Below, in pieces: positions 28,176 to 38,839 of a stretch of 64,000 nt of DNA (its first letter is position 1; each line of letters begins with the position of its first letter). Both the position numbers and the translations under genes were made by a program. The notes under the pieces are model-generated. The model was given only the letters and a program-made list of their open reading frames with translations. It had not been told where the DNA came from and did not search any database. Origin of the DNA: Lachnospiraceae bacterium (GTDB lineage Bacteria; Bacillota; Clostridia; Lachnospirales; Lachnospiraceae); the NCBI GenBank assembly GCA_030531245.1, contig JAUNOA010000003.1, positions 8,261 through 72,260 of the forward strand, read 5' to 3'.

Positions 28176-29452
28176 TATATTTCCTCTCCGATCAAATCAT
28201 ATTCCGAAGACCCGGTAACCTTTGCTTTTATAAAGGTTCCGGAATCATATCTTTTTCGGGTTTTTACAAAAATCATACCGTCAACAGAGGGAGCGTCCAT
28301 ATATGTTCTTCCGACTGCAACTCCGTCATCGGGCAGCCAGCCTTCAATCAGAACATCCAGTTCCGACCCGATTAAACTGTCAAGAAATGCTGTCGAAATC
28401 TCCTGCTGCAGGGACATCAGATCATCCCGTCTGCTTTCCTTGATATCCTCGGATACCTGGTCTTTATATTTTTCTGCAGGAGTACCGTCTTCCGGTGAAT
28501 AGGTAAATACTCCGACCCTTTCCAGTTCGAAACCATCTACAAACTCTTTGAGGGTATTATGATCCTCCTGCGTCTCTCCGGGAAACCCGGTAATCAGCGA
28601 AGTTCTTATTACTATGTCCGGTATGGCATCACGAAGCCTGAATATTACATTCTCAATATCTGCACGTGATGTCAGCCTTCCCATTCTCCTAAGGATCGCA
28701 TCTGATGCATGCTGAATCGGCATATCTATGTAATGACATATTTTAGGTTCGGAAGCAATGGTGCTGATAAGTTCATCCGTGATTTCTTCAGGATAGGTAT
28801 ACATGATTCTAATCCATCTAAAGCCTTCTATTTTACAGAGTTCGTGAAGCAGTTCCGGCAGCATTTTACGTCCATAAAGATCTATGCCGTAAACGGTTGT
28901 CTCCTGCGCAACTATTATCAGTTCCTTAACTCCTGCATCAGCCAGATCTCTGGCCTGAGACAACAGATTATCCATAGGATAACTTCTGTAGTTTCCTCTA
29001 AGGTAAGGAATGATACAATACGTACAGCGCTTATTGCATCCTTCGGCAATCTTCAGGTAAGCATACCAGCCTCCTGTAGATATCATTCTGTGTTCAGGCG
29101 GGTTTAAAGAAATCTTTTTTTCAAACTCGGGTATGGTGATTATTCTGTCAACTTCAGGAATCTCGGATATAATCTCATCTTTATATCTTTCGGCCAGACA
29201 TCCCATTACAATCAGTTCCTTTAATATACCGCTATGCTTGTACTCTGCTGCTCTGAGAATCGTATCGATGCTTTCCTGTTTTGCATCCAGAATAAAACAG
29301 CAGGTGTTGATAATAATAACATCTGCTGCGGATTCATCATCTGTAAATTCATAATCATATGCTGTATTCTCATAAATGTGTCCCAGTAGCATTTCCGAAT
29401 CAACAAGATTCTTGTCACATCCGAGAGATATCAGACAAAGCTTTTTCTTCAT
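28175..29452 (-). CDS. rimO: Ribosomal protein S12 methylthiotransferase
   Basis: 425 aa with the MiaB-like N-terminal domain (LGCDKNLVDSE), the radical SAM motif CNKRCTYC and a C-terminal TRAM domain. Confidence 0.9.
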   Translation of the reverse strand: MKKKLCLISLGCDKNLVDSEMLLGHIYENTAYDYEFTDDESAADVIIINTCCFILDAKQESIDTILRAAEYKHSGILKELIVMGCLAERYKDEIISEIPEVDRIITIPEFEKKISLNPPEHRMISTGGWYAYLKIAEGCNKRCTYCIIPYLRGNYRSYPMDNLLSQARDLADAGVKELIIVAQETTVYGIDLYGRKMLPELLHELCKIEGFRWIRIMYTYPEEITDELISTIASEPKICHYIDMPIQHASDAILRRMGRLTSRADIENVIFRLRDAIPDIVIRTSLITGFPGETQEDHNTLKEFVDGFELERVGVFTYSPEDGTPAEKYKDQVSEDIKESRRDDLMSLQQEISTAFLDSLIGSELDVLIEGWLPDDGVAVGRTYMDAPSVDGMIFVKTRKRYDSGTFIKAKVTGSSEYDLIGEEI

Positions 29453-29455
29453 ATG

Positions 29456-29704
29456 TCAGTCTGCCGATGACTCGTCATCATTTACAATTTTGATTTTCTT
29501 TTTATATACTTCATCAATGGCAATTGAGAGAGGTTTCTTACCGTATGAAGGTACTGCAGCCTCGGCACCGTCTACAAGCTGACGCGCTCTTTTAGCTGTA
29601 GCTATCACAATTGAGTAACGGCTCTGAACAACAGGCTGCTCTCCCGGCTCAACATCGGCATTGACTGCATTAATTAAATCCGTATAGGATGGATGTAACA
29701 TCAT
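29456..29704 (-). CDS. rpoZ: DNA-directed RNA polymerase subunit omega
   Basis: 82 aa; MLHPSYTDL......SRYSIVIATAKRARQL matches clostridial omega. It lies directly after gmk. Confidence 0.88.
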   Translation of the reverse strand: MMLHPSYTDLINAVNADVEPGEQPVVQSRYSIVIATAKRARQLVDGAEAAVPSYGKKPLSIAIDEVYKKKIKIVNDDESSAD

Positions 29705-29737
29705 GGTGAATACTTCCTTTCTTTTATATCATTGTGG

Positions 29738-30364
29738 TTATCTTCCGAAATTATCCTTCAAATCTTTTCTGATGCATTCGATAAAATCCGAATTATGTTT
29801 GCTTCTGCAATGTTCGGAATGAACTATGCTGTTCAGGCAATCAATGGATTTTTCAAGATCATCATTCACCAGAATATAATCATAGTCCTTCATATACTCG
29901 GTCTCTTCCACTGCCCTCATCAGCCTTTTGCTGACCTGCTCGGGATTTTCGGTACCTCTTCCTGCAAGACGTCTCTGCAGAGTCCCGGCATCCGGTGCTG
30001 AAACAAAAACAAGTATCGCTTCCGGCATCCTTGCCTTAACTTTCATGGCACCCTGCATCTCAATTTCCAGTATCACGTCTTTTCCGCTGTCCAGCATAGA
30101 ATCGACATAATCCTTCGGTGTCCCGTAATAATTACCTACATAAGAGGCATATTCTATAAGTTCGTCATTTGATATCTTACTTTCGAACTCATCCCTGGAG
30201 ATAAAAAAATAGTCTTTCCCATCGATTTCACCGTTTCTGGGTCTGCGCGTAGTCGCAGAAACCGAAAGAGCATAATTATCATACCTGCTGATAACTCCTC
30301 TGACGATTGTCCCCTTTCCCGCTCCGGAAAAGCCGCTGACTATAATTAATAATCCCCTCTTCAT
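29738..30364 (-). CDS. gmk: Guanylate kinase
   Basis: P-loop SGFSGAGKGT, TTR.PR.GE.DG.DYFF and EIEMQGA motifs. The ORF runs to 30391, but the ATG at 30364 (MKRGLLIIV...) follows GAGGGG. Confidence 0.93.
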   Translation of the reverse strand: MKRGLLIIVSGFSGAGKGTIVRGVISRYDNYALSVSATTRRPRNGEIDGKDYFFISRDEFESKISNDELIEYASYVGNYYGTPKDYVDSMLDSGKDVILEIEMQGAMKVKARMPEAILVFVSAPDAGTLQRRLAGRGTENPEQVSKRLMRAVEETEYMKDYDYILVNDDLEKSIDCLNSIVHSEHCRSKHNSDFIECIRKDLKDNFGR

Positions 30365-30431
30365 ATACTGCCCCTCTGGTCCAAACAACAAGTCAAACGT
30401 ATTATAATTTAAACAAATGATATAGTCAAAC

Positions 30432-32171
30432 TCAAATTTCGGATTTAGGTTCTGCCGTAATGGAATAATTGGTATTATAAACTACATATCCCGGCGGCCC
30501 GCCCGGTGTTTTTCTGAGGTTTTTCCTTTGAGTATAATCCACTTCAACTTTACTGTTTGTCCTGCTCTGCGAATAATATGCCGCCAGAGATGCTGCTTCT
30601 CTGAAAACACGGTCAGGCATATCGGAAACAGAAGCATTGCATTTTACTATAACATGTGAACCCGGCACTTTTTTTGCATGGAACCACAAATCGTTTGAAG
30701 AAGCGATTCTGAAAGTAACTTCTTCATTCTGATAATTGTTCTTTCCCACATATATATCAAAACCGTCGCTGGAAACAAAGTGCATTGGCTCTGATTTTAT
30801 TGCCTTTTTCTTATCTTTACTCTTTCCGTTCAGATATCCGAATTCAATCAATTCATCCCTGATCTGATTTATATCGTTCTCTGAAGCAGATGTTTCAATA
30901 GACTGAAGGATCCCAGCCAGATGATCTATGGTATTTACCGTGTTTAGTATTTCAACGGATAAGGCTGCCTCAGTCCTTCTGAGCTTTGCATATTTTTCAT
31001 AATATCTCTTTGCATTTTCCGAGGAGTTTTTATTAGGATCGAGCGGAATAGTTATCTCATTATTGTCATCATAGTAATTCCGGCATATAAATGATTTTTC
31101 TCCGCCTTTAAGAGCATACCCGTATGTGTTCAGCAGATCACCGTATACTTTATAGTTATCTTTGTGCTCACAGTCTTTCAGCTGTTTTTTCTGGAGATCA
31201 TACTTTTTTGAAGCCCTTTCAAGCAGAGAAACAACCGTTTTTCTGATATCGGATGATTTCTGACGTATCCTGGAGTACAGTTCTTTTGATGCATAATACT
31301 CCTCCAGCAGTCGGCTTATCGAATCAAAATGTTTCTGAGTATATCCCGCAGAACGGTACTGGACGGATTCAAAAGCGGAAAACTCAACGGGAATATCATT
31401 ATGGTATATGATTGTCGGTTTGAATTCCTTATTTACAGCTGAAGTAACCAACAAATGAAGCTGGAGATATAAAGAATCCAGATCAGAGACAGACAATCCG
31501 TTTGCAGGTATGTCATATGAAATACCTGCTCTCGTGCAAAGCTCCTGCGCCATCAACGGACTCATTCCTGCTATTCTGCCATATAAAGCCTTATAGATTT
31601 CGGCTGAAGGCACCTCGGAAACTATATTGTCCAGTTGTTTTCTGTCAACCAGAACCGGCTGAATCTTGTATAGTTCATTCGAAAAAGCATACTTTCTGCC
31701 CGGAAGTACTTCTCTGACGCTGCTGACGGATGAAGGAACTCTTTTAATAGAGTCGATTATTATTCCGTTCTCATTGACAAAAATAATGTTCGAATACTTT
31801 CCCATCAATTCAAATACAATCTTTTTTTCAGACAAGTCACCCAGTTCGTTGATATGTTCGAAGGATATCGTCACTATCCTTTCAAGACCTTCCTGACATA
31901 TATCCGTAATCTTTGATCCGGAAAGATATTTTCTGAGAAGCATACAAAAAGAAGGCGCTGTAAGCGGAGAAGGCTTGTTCGCCTCCGTCAAATATATTAA
32001 AGGAAGCGAAGCTCCTGCACTTATCAGCAGCCTGTAATTTGTTGAATTATTTCTTATTGATATGAGAAGCTCATCCTTCTCAGGCATGGCGATTTTGGAT
32101 ACAGTGCCTCCGATGAGTGCAGAAGACAACTGATCCGTGACCGCCGCCAGTGTAAATCCGTCAAATGCCAT
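30432..32171 (-). CDS. rqcH: Ribosome quality control factor RqcH (NFACT / FbpA family)
   Basis: 579 aa with the NFACT-N domain (MAFDGFTLAAVTDQL...), a coiled-coil middle region and the NFACT-R domain (DLWFHAKKVPGSHVIV). Confidence 0.88.
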   Translation of the reverse strand: MAFDGFTLAAVTDQLSSALIGGTVSKIAMPEKDELLISIRNNSTNYRLLISAGASLPLIYLTEANKPSPLTAPSFCMLLRKYLSGSKITDICQEGLERIVTISFEHINELGDLSEKKIVFELMGKYSNIIFVNENGIIIDSIKRVPSSVSSVREVLPGRKYAFSNELYKIQPVLVDRKQLDNIVSEVPSAEIYKALYGRIAGMSPLMAQELCTRAGISYDIPANGLSVSDLDSLYLQLHLLVTSAVNKEFKPTIIYHNDIPVEFSAFESVQYRSAGYTQKHFDSISRLLEEYYASKELYSRIRQKSSDIRKTVVSLLERASKKYDLQKKQLKDCEHKDNYKVYGDLLNTYGYALKGGEKSFICRNYYDDNNEITIPLDPNKNSSENAKRYYEKYAKLRRTEAALSVEILNTVNTIDHLAGILQSIETSASENDINQIRDELIEFGYLNGKSKDKKKAIKSEPMHFVSSDGFDIYVGKNNYQNEEVTFRIASSNDLWFHAKKVPGSHVIVKCNASVSDMPDRVFREAASLAAYYSQSRTNSKVEVDYTQRKNLRKTPGGPPGYVVYNTNYSITAEPKSEI

Positions 32172-32173
32172 TA

Positions 32174-33457
32174 TTAAGGTCTTATTACGGTCTGACCGCC
32201 CATATACGGCTGAAGTGCTTTTGGAATAAGTACACTTCCGTCCGCCTGAAGATTGTTCTCAAGGAAAGCGATAAGCATACGCGGCGGAGCAACACAAGTG
32301 TTGTTCAGGGTATGCGCAAAATACTTGTTTCCGTTTGCATCCTTAACTCTGATACGAAGTCTTCTTGCCTGTGCATCTCCGAGATTAGAGCAACTTCCGA
32401 CTTCAAAATACTTTTTCTGTCTCGGTGACCATGCCTCAACGTCACAGGACTTCACCTTAAGATCTGCAAGATCTCCCGAACAGCATTCTAGCGTACGAAC
32501 CGGCACATCCAGAGATCTAAAGAAATCTACTGTGTTCTGCCAGAGCTTTTCATACCATTCCATGGACTCTTCAGGTTTGCAGATGACTATCATTTCCTGC
32601 TTTTCGAACTGATGGATTCTGTATACTCCTCTTTCCTCGATTCCGTGAGCACCCTTCTCTTTTCTGAAACAAGGTGAATATGACGTCAGTGTAATCGGTA
32701 ACGTTGACTCATCATTGATAGTATCAATGAATTTTCCGATCATCGAATGTTCTGATGTACCGATAAGATACAGATCCTCACCTTCTATCTTATACATCAT
32801 CGCATCCATCTCATCAAAGCTCATAACTCCGGTCACAACTTCCGAGCGGATCATGAAAGGCGGAATACAGTAGGTAAAACCGCGATTTATCATAAAGTCA
32901 CGTCCGTATGCTGTCATAGCACTGTGAAGTCTGGCTATGTCTCCCATCAGATAATAAAAACCGTTGCCTGCAACTTTTCTTGCTGCATCAAGATCTATAC
33001 CATGAAGCTTCTCCATGATTTCCGTATGATACGGAATCTCAAAATCAGGAACCAGAGGCTCACCGAATTTCTCGATTTCAACATTTTCCGAATCATCCTT
33101 TCCTATCGGAACCGACGGATCGATGATATTCGGAATCGTCATCATGTCCTTTTTGATTTTCTCGGCAAGCTCAGCCTCAAGCGGTTCAAGCTCTGCAATT
33201 CGTGCAGAAATACTTGCTACCTCAGCTTTAACTTTTTCAGCTTCCTCTTTGGCTCCTTTCGCCATAAGAGCACCTATCTGTTTACTGGTGGAATTCTTCT
33301 TTGCACGAAGCTCATCCGCTTCTGTCTGAAGAGCACGGGCTTTTGCATCCAGCTCGATCACCTCATCAACCAGCCCGAGTTTCCTGTCCTGAAATTTATT
33401 TCTTATGTTCTGTTTAACCACTTCCGGGTTTTCACGCAAAAACTTAATATCGATCAT
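32174..33457 (-). CDS. serS: Serine--tRNA ligase
   Basis: 427 aa; MIDIKFLRENPE..., an N-terminal coiled-coil arm and class II motifs (FRKEKGAHG..RGVYRIHQFEK, CSGDLA). Confidence 0.96.
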   Translation of the reverse strand: MIDIKFLRENPEVVKQNIRNKFQDRKLGLVDEVIELDAKARALQTEADELRAKKNSTSKQIGALMAKGAKEEAEKVKAEVASISARIAELEPLEAELAEKIKKDMMTIPNIIDPSVPIGKDDSENVEIEKFGEPLVPDFEIPYHTEIMEKLHGIDLDAARKVAGNGFYYLMGDIARLHSAMTAYGRDFMINRGFTYCIPPFMIRSEVVTGVMSFDEMDAMMYKIEGEDLYLIGTSEHSMIGKFIDTINDESTLPITLTSYSPCFRKEKGAHGIEERGVYRIHQFEKQEMIVICKPEESMEWYEKLWQNTVDFFRSLDVPVRTLECCSGDLADLKVKSCDVEAWSPRQKKYFEVGSCSNLGDAQARRLRIRVKDANGNKYFAHTLNNTCVAPPRMLIAFLENNLQADGSVLIPKALQPYMGGQTVIRP

Positions 33458-33477
33458 GATAAGCCTCTCCCTTTAAA

Positions 33478-34137
33478 TCAAAATTTCATTATTTCTCTGA
33501 ATGCACAGCAGTTTGCCGCAATATCATTTTTAAATACTGCCGAGCCGGCAACAACATTGTCTACTCCGGCATCCAGTACCTGTCTGACATTTTGGGGACT
33601 GATTCCTCCGTCGACCTGAATTGAAAAATCCAGTCCCAAATCTTTTTTCCACTGATTTAATCTGGCAATCTTGTCTGTACAGTAATCTATGTATTTCTGG
33701 CCTCCGAATCCCGGATTGACACTCATGATCAGAACAAGATCGACTTTATGTATTATTTCCGAAATGCTGTCCAGCGGAGTTCCCGGATTAAGCGCGATAC
33801 CTACCTGAGCCCCCGTATCTTTTACAGCTTCTATACTTCTGTCAATATGCTTGCAGGCTTCGATATGAATGGTAATATTGTCGGCTCCGGCCTTTCTGAA
33901 TGCTTCTGCAAATCTTGCCGGCTCGGTTACCATAAGATGAGCATCCAGAAACAGTTCATCTCCGAATCTGTTCTTTATATTTTTAAGGATTGTGTCTCCA
34001 AACGATAATGCAGGAACAAAATCTCCGTCCATAACATCATAATGAACAGCGTCTACCCCGGCATTTTTAACTATTTCAAGCTGCTCACCCAATCTTGTAA
34101 AATCTGCAGCCAATACTGATGGTGAAAGTCTCATCAA
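33478..34137 (-). CDS. rpe: Ribulose-phosphate 3-epimerase
   Basis: 219 aa; SPSVLAADF..LGE......G.D.VHYDVMDG.FVP, HLMV and MSVNPGFGGQ motifs. Confidence 0.95.
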   Translation of the reverse strand: MMRLSPSVLAADFTRLGEQLEIVKNAGVDAVHYDVMDGDFVPALSFGDTILKNIKNRFGDELFLDAHLMVTEPARFAEAFRKAGADNITIHIEACKHIDRSIEAVKDTGAQVGIALNPGTPLDSISEIIHKVDLVLIMSVNPGFGGQKYIDYCTDKIARLNQWKKDLGLDFSIQVDGGISPQNVRQVLDAGVDNVVAGSAVFKNDIAANCCAFREIMKF

Positions 34138-35000
34138 TATCTCCTTTCCTGAGTAAAAATCTCGTTATATATTTTCAAATATGAATCATACCTTGATTCA
34201 TTTATAAATCCTTCCGTCAATGCATCTTTTACCGCACAATCAGGTTCTGCCAGATGCAGGCATCCGTTGAACCGGCATTTCCCTTCATATTCTGCTATTT
34301 CGGGAAAATAATATTTCAGTTCTTCCGATTTTATTCCTTCAAAATAAACCGATGTAAATCCCGGAGTGTCGCATAGATATGTATCGTCTCCGGCGGAAAA
34401 CAACTCCGAATGTCTGGTAGTCTGTTTCCCTCGCTCTATTTTTCTGCTGAGTGTATCCGTCTTCATATCGGCTGAGGGACACAGGCGATTGGTCAATGAA
34501 GATTTTCCTACGCCGGAAGGACCTGCAAGTGCAATCGTCTTTCCTCTGATATAGTCTTTCAGTTTATCTATCCCGTCTCCGTTTTTAACTGATACAGAAA
34601 AAGTATGATATCCGGCCTGATCATATATCCTATCCACCGGTTCGTGTGTCAGATCGGATTTGTTAAAGACGATGGCCGTCGGAATACCGGATTTACATAT
34701 ACTTATCAGATACCTGTCAAGCAGATATTTCTGCGGAGCCGGTTTTGCAAATGACTGAACGATCAGAATCAGATCAATATTGGCAACCGCAGGCCTGATC
34801 AGGCAGTTTCTTCTGGGAAGGATCAAATCCACACTGCCTTCGCGTTTCTCCGGATCGATCAGCGATATCTCAACATCGTCTCCGATAAGGGGCTTAATGT
34901 CTTCGTTTCTGAAAATGCCCTTGGCTTTACAGCAATATACCTCGTCGCTGGATTTTACGTAATAAAAACCACCGATTCCCTTTACGATTTTACCCTTCAT
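34134..35000 (-). CDS. rsgA: Ribosome small subunit-dependent GTPase A
   Basis: 288 aa with an OB fold, a circularly permuted GTPase (NKSDL ... GPSGVGKSSL) and a C-terminal zinc knuckle (CRFNGCLHLAEPDCAV). Confidence 0.93.
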   Translation of the reverse strand: MKGKIVKGIGGFYYVKSSDEVYCCKAKGIFRNEDIKPLIGDDVEISLIDPEKREGSVDLILPRRNCLIRPAVANIDLILIVQSFAKPAPQKYLLDRYLISICKSGIPTAIVFNKSDLTHEPVDRIYDQAGYHTFSVSVKNGDGIDKLKDYIRGKTIALAGPSGVGKSSLTNRLCPSADMKTDTLSRKIERGKQTTRHSELFSAGDDTYLCDTPGFTSVYFEGIKSEELKYYFPEIAEYEGKCRFNGCLHLAEPDCAVKDALTEGFINESRYDSYLKIYNEIFTQERRY

Positions 35001-35005
35001 ACCGG

Positions 35006-37093
35006 TTACTGATTAAAAAATTCAACATCGAAGGTCTTGAGAATCTCTCCGGTATCAGAACGGACAACCTCAACCTGCCCCGTGTCAACACCGTAAGCAC
35101 CTTCAATAAAGTCAAACTTTACAGGCACTATTGTATTACCCGTAATTCTCCTCGGTTCCATCAGTGTGGTATATACATCTTCGCCATTAACAACCTGATG
35201 CAGCCTGACCATTATATCTATCTGAGCGCCGTCGGTTCCGGGTCCGAAATAATCGGAAATCGCATACTGTCCTTTGACTGAACCGACATAACTTTGAGTC
35301 TTCACTTCCTGACCCGAGCTCACCGTATATCCGATTTTACTTCCTACACTGATTTCCGTATCAGGAGCGATGGACTGACTGATGATATTACCGGCAGGAA
35401 CCGTATCGCTCGGCATAATCATGATTGATTCGGGATCTCCCGGAAGCAGCCCGCTGTCAGCAAGCAGACCTATGGCTTCCTCCTCTGTCCTGCCAAGCAG
35501 AACAGGAACCTTTACGATTTTATCCTCCGGGCCTTTGCTGACCTTTAATGTTACCGGACCTTCAAGTTCCGGTTTCAACGGATTGATATCAAATACAATG
35601 CCTTCACCGAATTGATTGTTATACTCATCTATTCTGGTTACTGTATATTTTTTCTTTCTCAGTTCAGTAGTAACTGTCTCAACATCCTGATAAAGGAAAT
35701 TGGATATATCTTCTTTATTGCTTCCCTTGCTTACAACAACATAAACTTTTGAATACTTATCAATAAGAGTATCCGGAAGCGGATCCTGTGAAATAATTGC
35801 ATTGGCGGGAATATTGTCGTTGTATTCCTCTGATCTGACTTCAATGCTCAGACTGTAATCCTTAAGCTTATTCGTCGCCAGATCATAGTCCAGTTCAATT
35901 ACATCAGGCACATACGTTTCTTTGTCTGAAAGAGGTGTAATATCTCCGGATACAACATCCAGAGCATTGTTTATCTGATCTGCACTGCTTCCTATCGTTC
36001 CGCTGAACTTAAGTATTCCCCAGACAACCGCCGCAACTACGATAACGGCAAGGATGATTCCACCGATCGTAAGCACTTTATCCAGTGAGCTGTCATTCTC
36101 ATCCTCATAATCATAGAGATCTCTTCTGGCTTTCCTGCCGCCGGATTTTCGGGCTGACTGTGTTTTTCCTGATGTGACTTTGGCTCTTGCATTTATCTCG
36201 CCCACTTCCTGAGGCGTCAGAACTCTGGTATGTCCATCTGTGTCATCTTCATCCTCAATCGGTACGGGTTTCTGCTGCATAGTCAAAGCTTTACGTAAAT
36301 CGGCAAGTACCTGTTCAACTCTCTGGTACCTGCGTTCAGGCTTTTTCTGACAGCATTTAAGGATAATGTTATCAAGTTCCGGCGTGGACTCAGGATTGAA
36401 ATCACTTGCAAGAGGCATATCGCTGCCGATATGTGCCAGGGCTATCGAGACGGACGTATCACCTTCATACGGAAGCTTACCGGTTATCATCTCGAAAATG
36501 GTTATACCAAGTGAATATATATCACTTCTTTCATCAGAGTACTCACCTTTTGCCATTTCAGGAGACATATAATGAACAGAACCTATTGCAGAAGCATTAA
36601 CTGTTTCTGATGATTCGACTCTTGCGATACCGAAATCGGCAACTTTCGCGGTTCCGTCTCCGGAAATAATTATATTCTGGGGTTTGATATCCCTGTGTAT
36701 GATATGCTGATCATGTGCCGCTCCGATTCCCTGAGCGACCTGGATGGAAATACCGAGAGTCTCCTTTAAGCCCAGTCTTCCTTTTGATTTTATAAAATCC
36801 TTAAGAGTAATTCCCTCAACAAGCTCCATCACTATATAGTGAAGGCTTCCCTCATCCACAACATCATATACATTGACAACATTCGGATGAGACAGTCCTG
36901 CCGCAGCCTGTGCTTCCATCTTGAATTTGCGGACAAAGTCATTATCATGTCCGAATTCATCCTTCAGCACTTTAACCGCAACAAGCCTGTTCAGCTTGCG
37001 GTCACGTGATTTATAAACATCACTCATTCCTCCGGAACCGATACGACTTATAATCTCATATCTGTCCTGCAAGAAAGTTCCTTCTCTCAGCAT
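35006..37093 (-). CDS. prkC: Ser/Thr protein kinase with PASTA repeats (PrkC/PknB-type)
   Basis: 695 aa with a Hanks kinase domain (GSGGMSDVY, HRDIKPQN, DFGIA), a TM helix and extracellular PASTA-like repeats. Confidence 0.92.
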   Translation of the reverse strand: MLREGTFLQDRYEIISRIGSGGMSDVYKSRDRKLNRLVAVKVLKDEFGHDNDFVRKFKMEAQAAAGLSHPNVVNVYDVVDEGSLHYIVMELVEGITLKDFIKSKGRLGLKETLGISIQVAQGIGAAHDQHIIHRDIKPQNIIISGDGTAKVADFGIARVESSETVNASAIGSVHYMSPEMAKGEYSDERSDIYSLGITIFEMITGKLPYEGDTSVSIALAHIGSDMPLASDFNPESTPELDNIILKCCQKKPERRYQRVEQVLADLRKALTMQQKPVPIEDEDDTDGHTRVLTPQEVGEINARAKVTSGKTQSARKSGGRKARRDLYDYEDENDSSLDKVLTIGGIILAVIVVAAVVWGILKFSGTIGSSADQINNALDVVSGDITPLSDKETYVPDVIELDYDLATNKLKDYSLSIEVRSEEYNDNIPANAIISQDPLPDTLIDKYSKVYVVVSKGSNKEDISNFLYQDVETVTTELRKKKYTVTRIDEYNNQFGEGIVFDINPLKPELEGPVTLKVSKGPEDKIVKVPVLLGRTEEEAIGLLADSGLLPGDPESIMIMPSDTVPAGNIISQSIAPDTEISVGSKIGYTVSSGQEVKTQSYVGSVKGQYAISDYFGPGTDGAQIDIMVRLHQVVNGEDVYTTLMEPRRITGNTIVPVKFDFIEGAYGVDTGQVEVVRSDTGEILKTFDVEFFNQ

Positions 37094-37097
37094 ATGT

Positions 37098-37829
37098 TTA
37101 CTCCTTCAATCCGGATACAAGTACAACAGAAACATTATCAACTCCCCCATGCTCATTCGCTGTACTTATCAGGGTCTTAGCTGCGTCTTCTATAGAATCT
37201 GAATTCTGGATTATATTAAATATGTCCTCGTCATTCATCATATTGGACAGTCCGTCCGTGCATAATAATATCTTTTCATCACCGTTAAGTTCTATTGAAA
37301 AAGAATCAATCTCCACACTCTTCTGGGTTCCTATAGCCCTTGTGATAAGATTCTTTTTGGAAAGATAATCCTGACTGCCTCTGACCATCCTGCCTTTTTT
37401 GACCATTTCCTCGACATAAGAATGATCCTGGGTAATCTGCTTAATATGATCACTTATGATATAAAGTCTGCTGTCCCCTACATTAAACACAGTCAGACAT
37501 CCGTCAGCTATCATCGCACAGACAAGAGTCGTTCCGCAGCCTGCAAGTTCCGGATCACTTCTGGAGTTTTTATATAACATGGCATTTGCAGCTTCAATTC
37601 CCCTGCGTACGATAGACGGCAGATCTTTTCTGTGTCGGTCATTCTTTATCTGACTGACAAGTTCACGGATAGTATACTCGGACGCATATTCACCCGCCTT
37701 GGCTCCACCCATACCGTCCGCAACCACAAACAGGCTGGGAATATTCCCAACCTTATCCACAGAGCAATATACCGTGTCTTCGTTATTTGCCCTGACCAGT
37801 CCTTTATCAGTTAGTGCAATGGCTTTCAT
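37098..37829 (-). CDS. prpC: PP2C-family Ser/Thr phosphatase (PrpC/Stp)
   Basis: 243 aa; TDKGLVRANNED, ADGMGG and CTDGLSNM...GG.DN motifs. Start overlaps the rlmN stop (ATGA). Confidence 0.92.
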   Translation of the reverse strand: MKAIALTDKGLVRANNEDTVYCSVDKVGNIPSLFVVADGMGGAKAGEYASEYTIRELVSQIKNDRHRKDLPSIVRRGIEAANAMLYKNSRSDPELAGCGTTLVCAMIADGCLTVFNVGDSRLYIISDHIKQITQDHSYVEEMVKKGRMVRGSQDYLSKKNLITRAIGTQKSVEIDSFSIELNGDEKILLCTDGLSNMMNDEDIFNIIQNSDSIEDAAKTLISTANEHGGVDNVSVVLVSGLKE

Positions 37830-38839
37830 GTATTTCCTTTATAATGTCTCCGTAATTGACCACAGGCACCGGAAATGTCTCTGCCCATTTCCCTTCTAAT
37901 TGTAACATTTATTCCGCATCTTTCAAGTTTAGACTTGAAAGCATTGATGGTTTTTATATACGGCTGTCTGAATTCACGTTCTTCCACGGGGTTTACCGGT
38001 ATAAGATTAATATGTGCACCAAGCTGTTTTGCTATTTCCGACAGTTCCGCGGCGCATTTTTCATTATCATTTACACCGGCTATCAGACTGTATTCAAAAG
38101 TGATCCGGCGTCCCGTTACGGAAATATAGTATTTACAGGCATCTGTCAGCTGGCTTATGGAATAGGCATTGGCCACCGGCATGATGGTTTTTCTGAGTTC
38201 ATCGTTCGGAGCATGTAATGACACCGCCAGAGTGACCTGATTTTTCAGATCCGCCAGTTCATATATCCTCGGAACAATTCCGCATGTGGAAACGGTAATG
38301 TTCCTGTGGCCTATATCCGTCAGTTCCACGAACTTTATGAAATTATCATAATTATCGAGCGGTTCTCCGGAACCCATGATTACAACGTGAGATATCCTCT
38401 CACCGATATGTTCCTGGATACAGTAAATCTCATCAAGCATCTCTCCGGCCGTCAGATTCCGGACCAGACCGTCTATAGTAGACGCGCAGAATTTACATCC
38501 CATCCGGCACCCGACCTGTGAAGATATACATACTGACAGTCCATATTCATATCTCATCAGGACGCTTTCAATAATATTTCCGTCATCCAGTTCAAGGAGA
38601 TATTTTCTTGTACCGTCTTCCTTCGATATCAGTTCCTGTGCTATTTTTATCCCTGAAATATACGCAGATTGCTTCAGCTTTTCACGCAAGGGAATACTGA
38701 TATTGGTCATACAGTCAAAATCACCTGCATGTTTTTCGTGTATCCACTCAAAAATCTGTTTTGCACGAAACGGCTTTTCTCCCTGGCTTCCAATGAACTC
38801 CGTCAGTTCGATTAAATTTTGCGATTTGATATCAATCAT
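37826..38839 (-). CDS. rlmN: 23S rRNA/tRNA (adenine(2503)-C2)-methyltransferase
   Basis: 337 aa; FRAKQIFEWIH, the radical SAM motif GCRMGCKFCAS and MGSGEPLDN. Confidence 0.95.
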   Translation of the reverse strand: MIDIKSQNLIELTEFIGSQGEKPFRAKQIFEWIHEKHAGDFDCMTNISIPLREKLKQSAYISGIKIAQELISKEDGTRKYLLELDDGNIIESVLMRYEYGLSVCISSQVGCRMGCKFCASTIDGLVRNLTAGEMLDEIYCIQEHIGERISHVVIMGSGEPLDNYDNFIKFVELTDIGHRNITVSTCGIVPRIYELADLKNQVTLAVSLHAPNDELRKTIMPVANAYSISQLTDACKYYISVTGRRITFEYSLIAGVNDNEKCAAELSEIAKQLGAHINLIPVNPVEEREFRQPYIKTINAFKSKLERCGINVTIRREMGRDISGACGQLRRHYKGNT

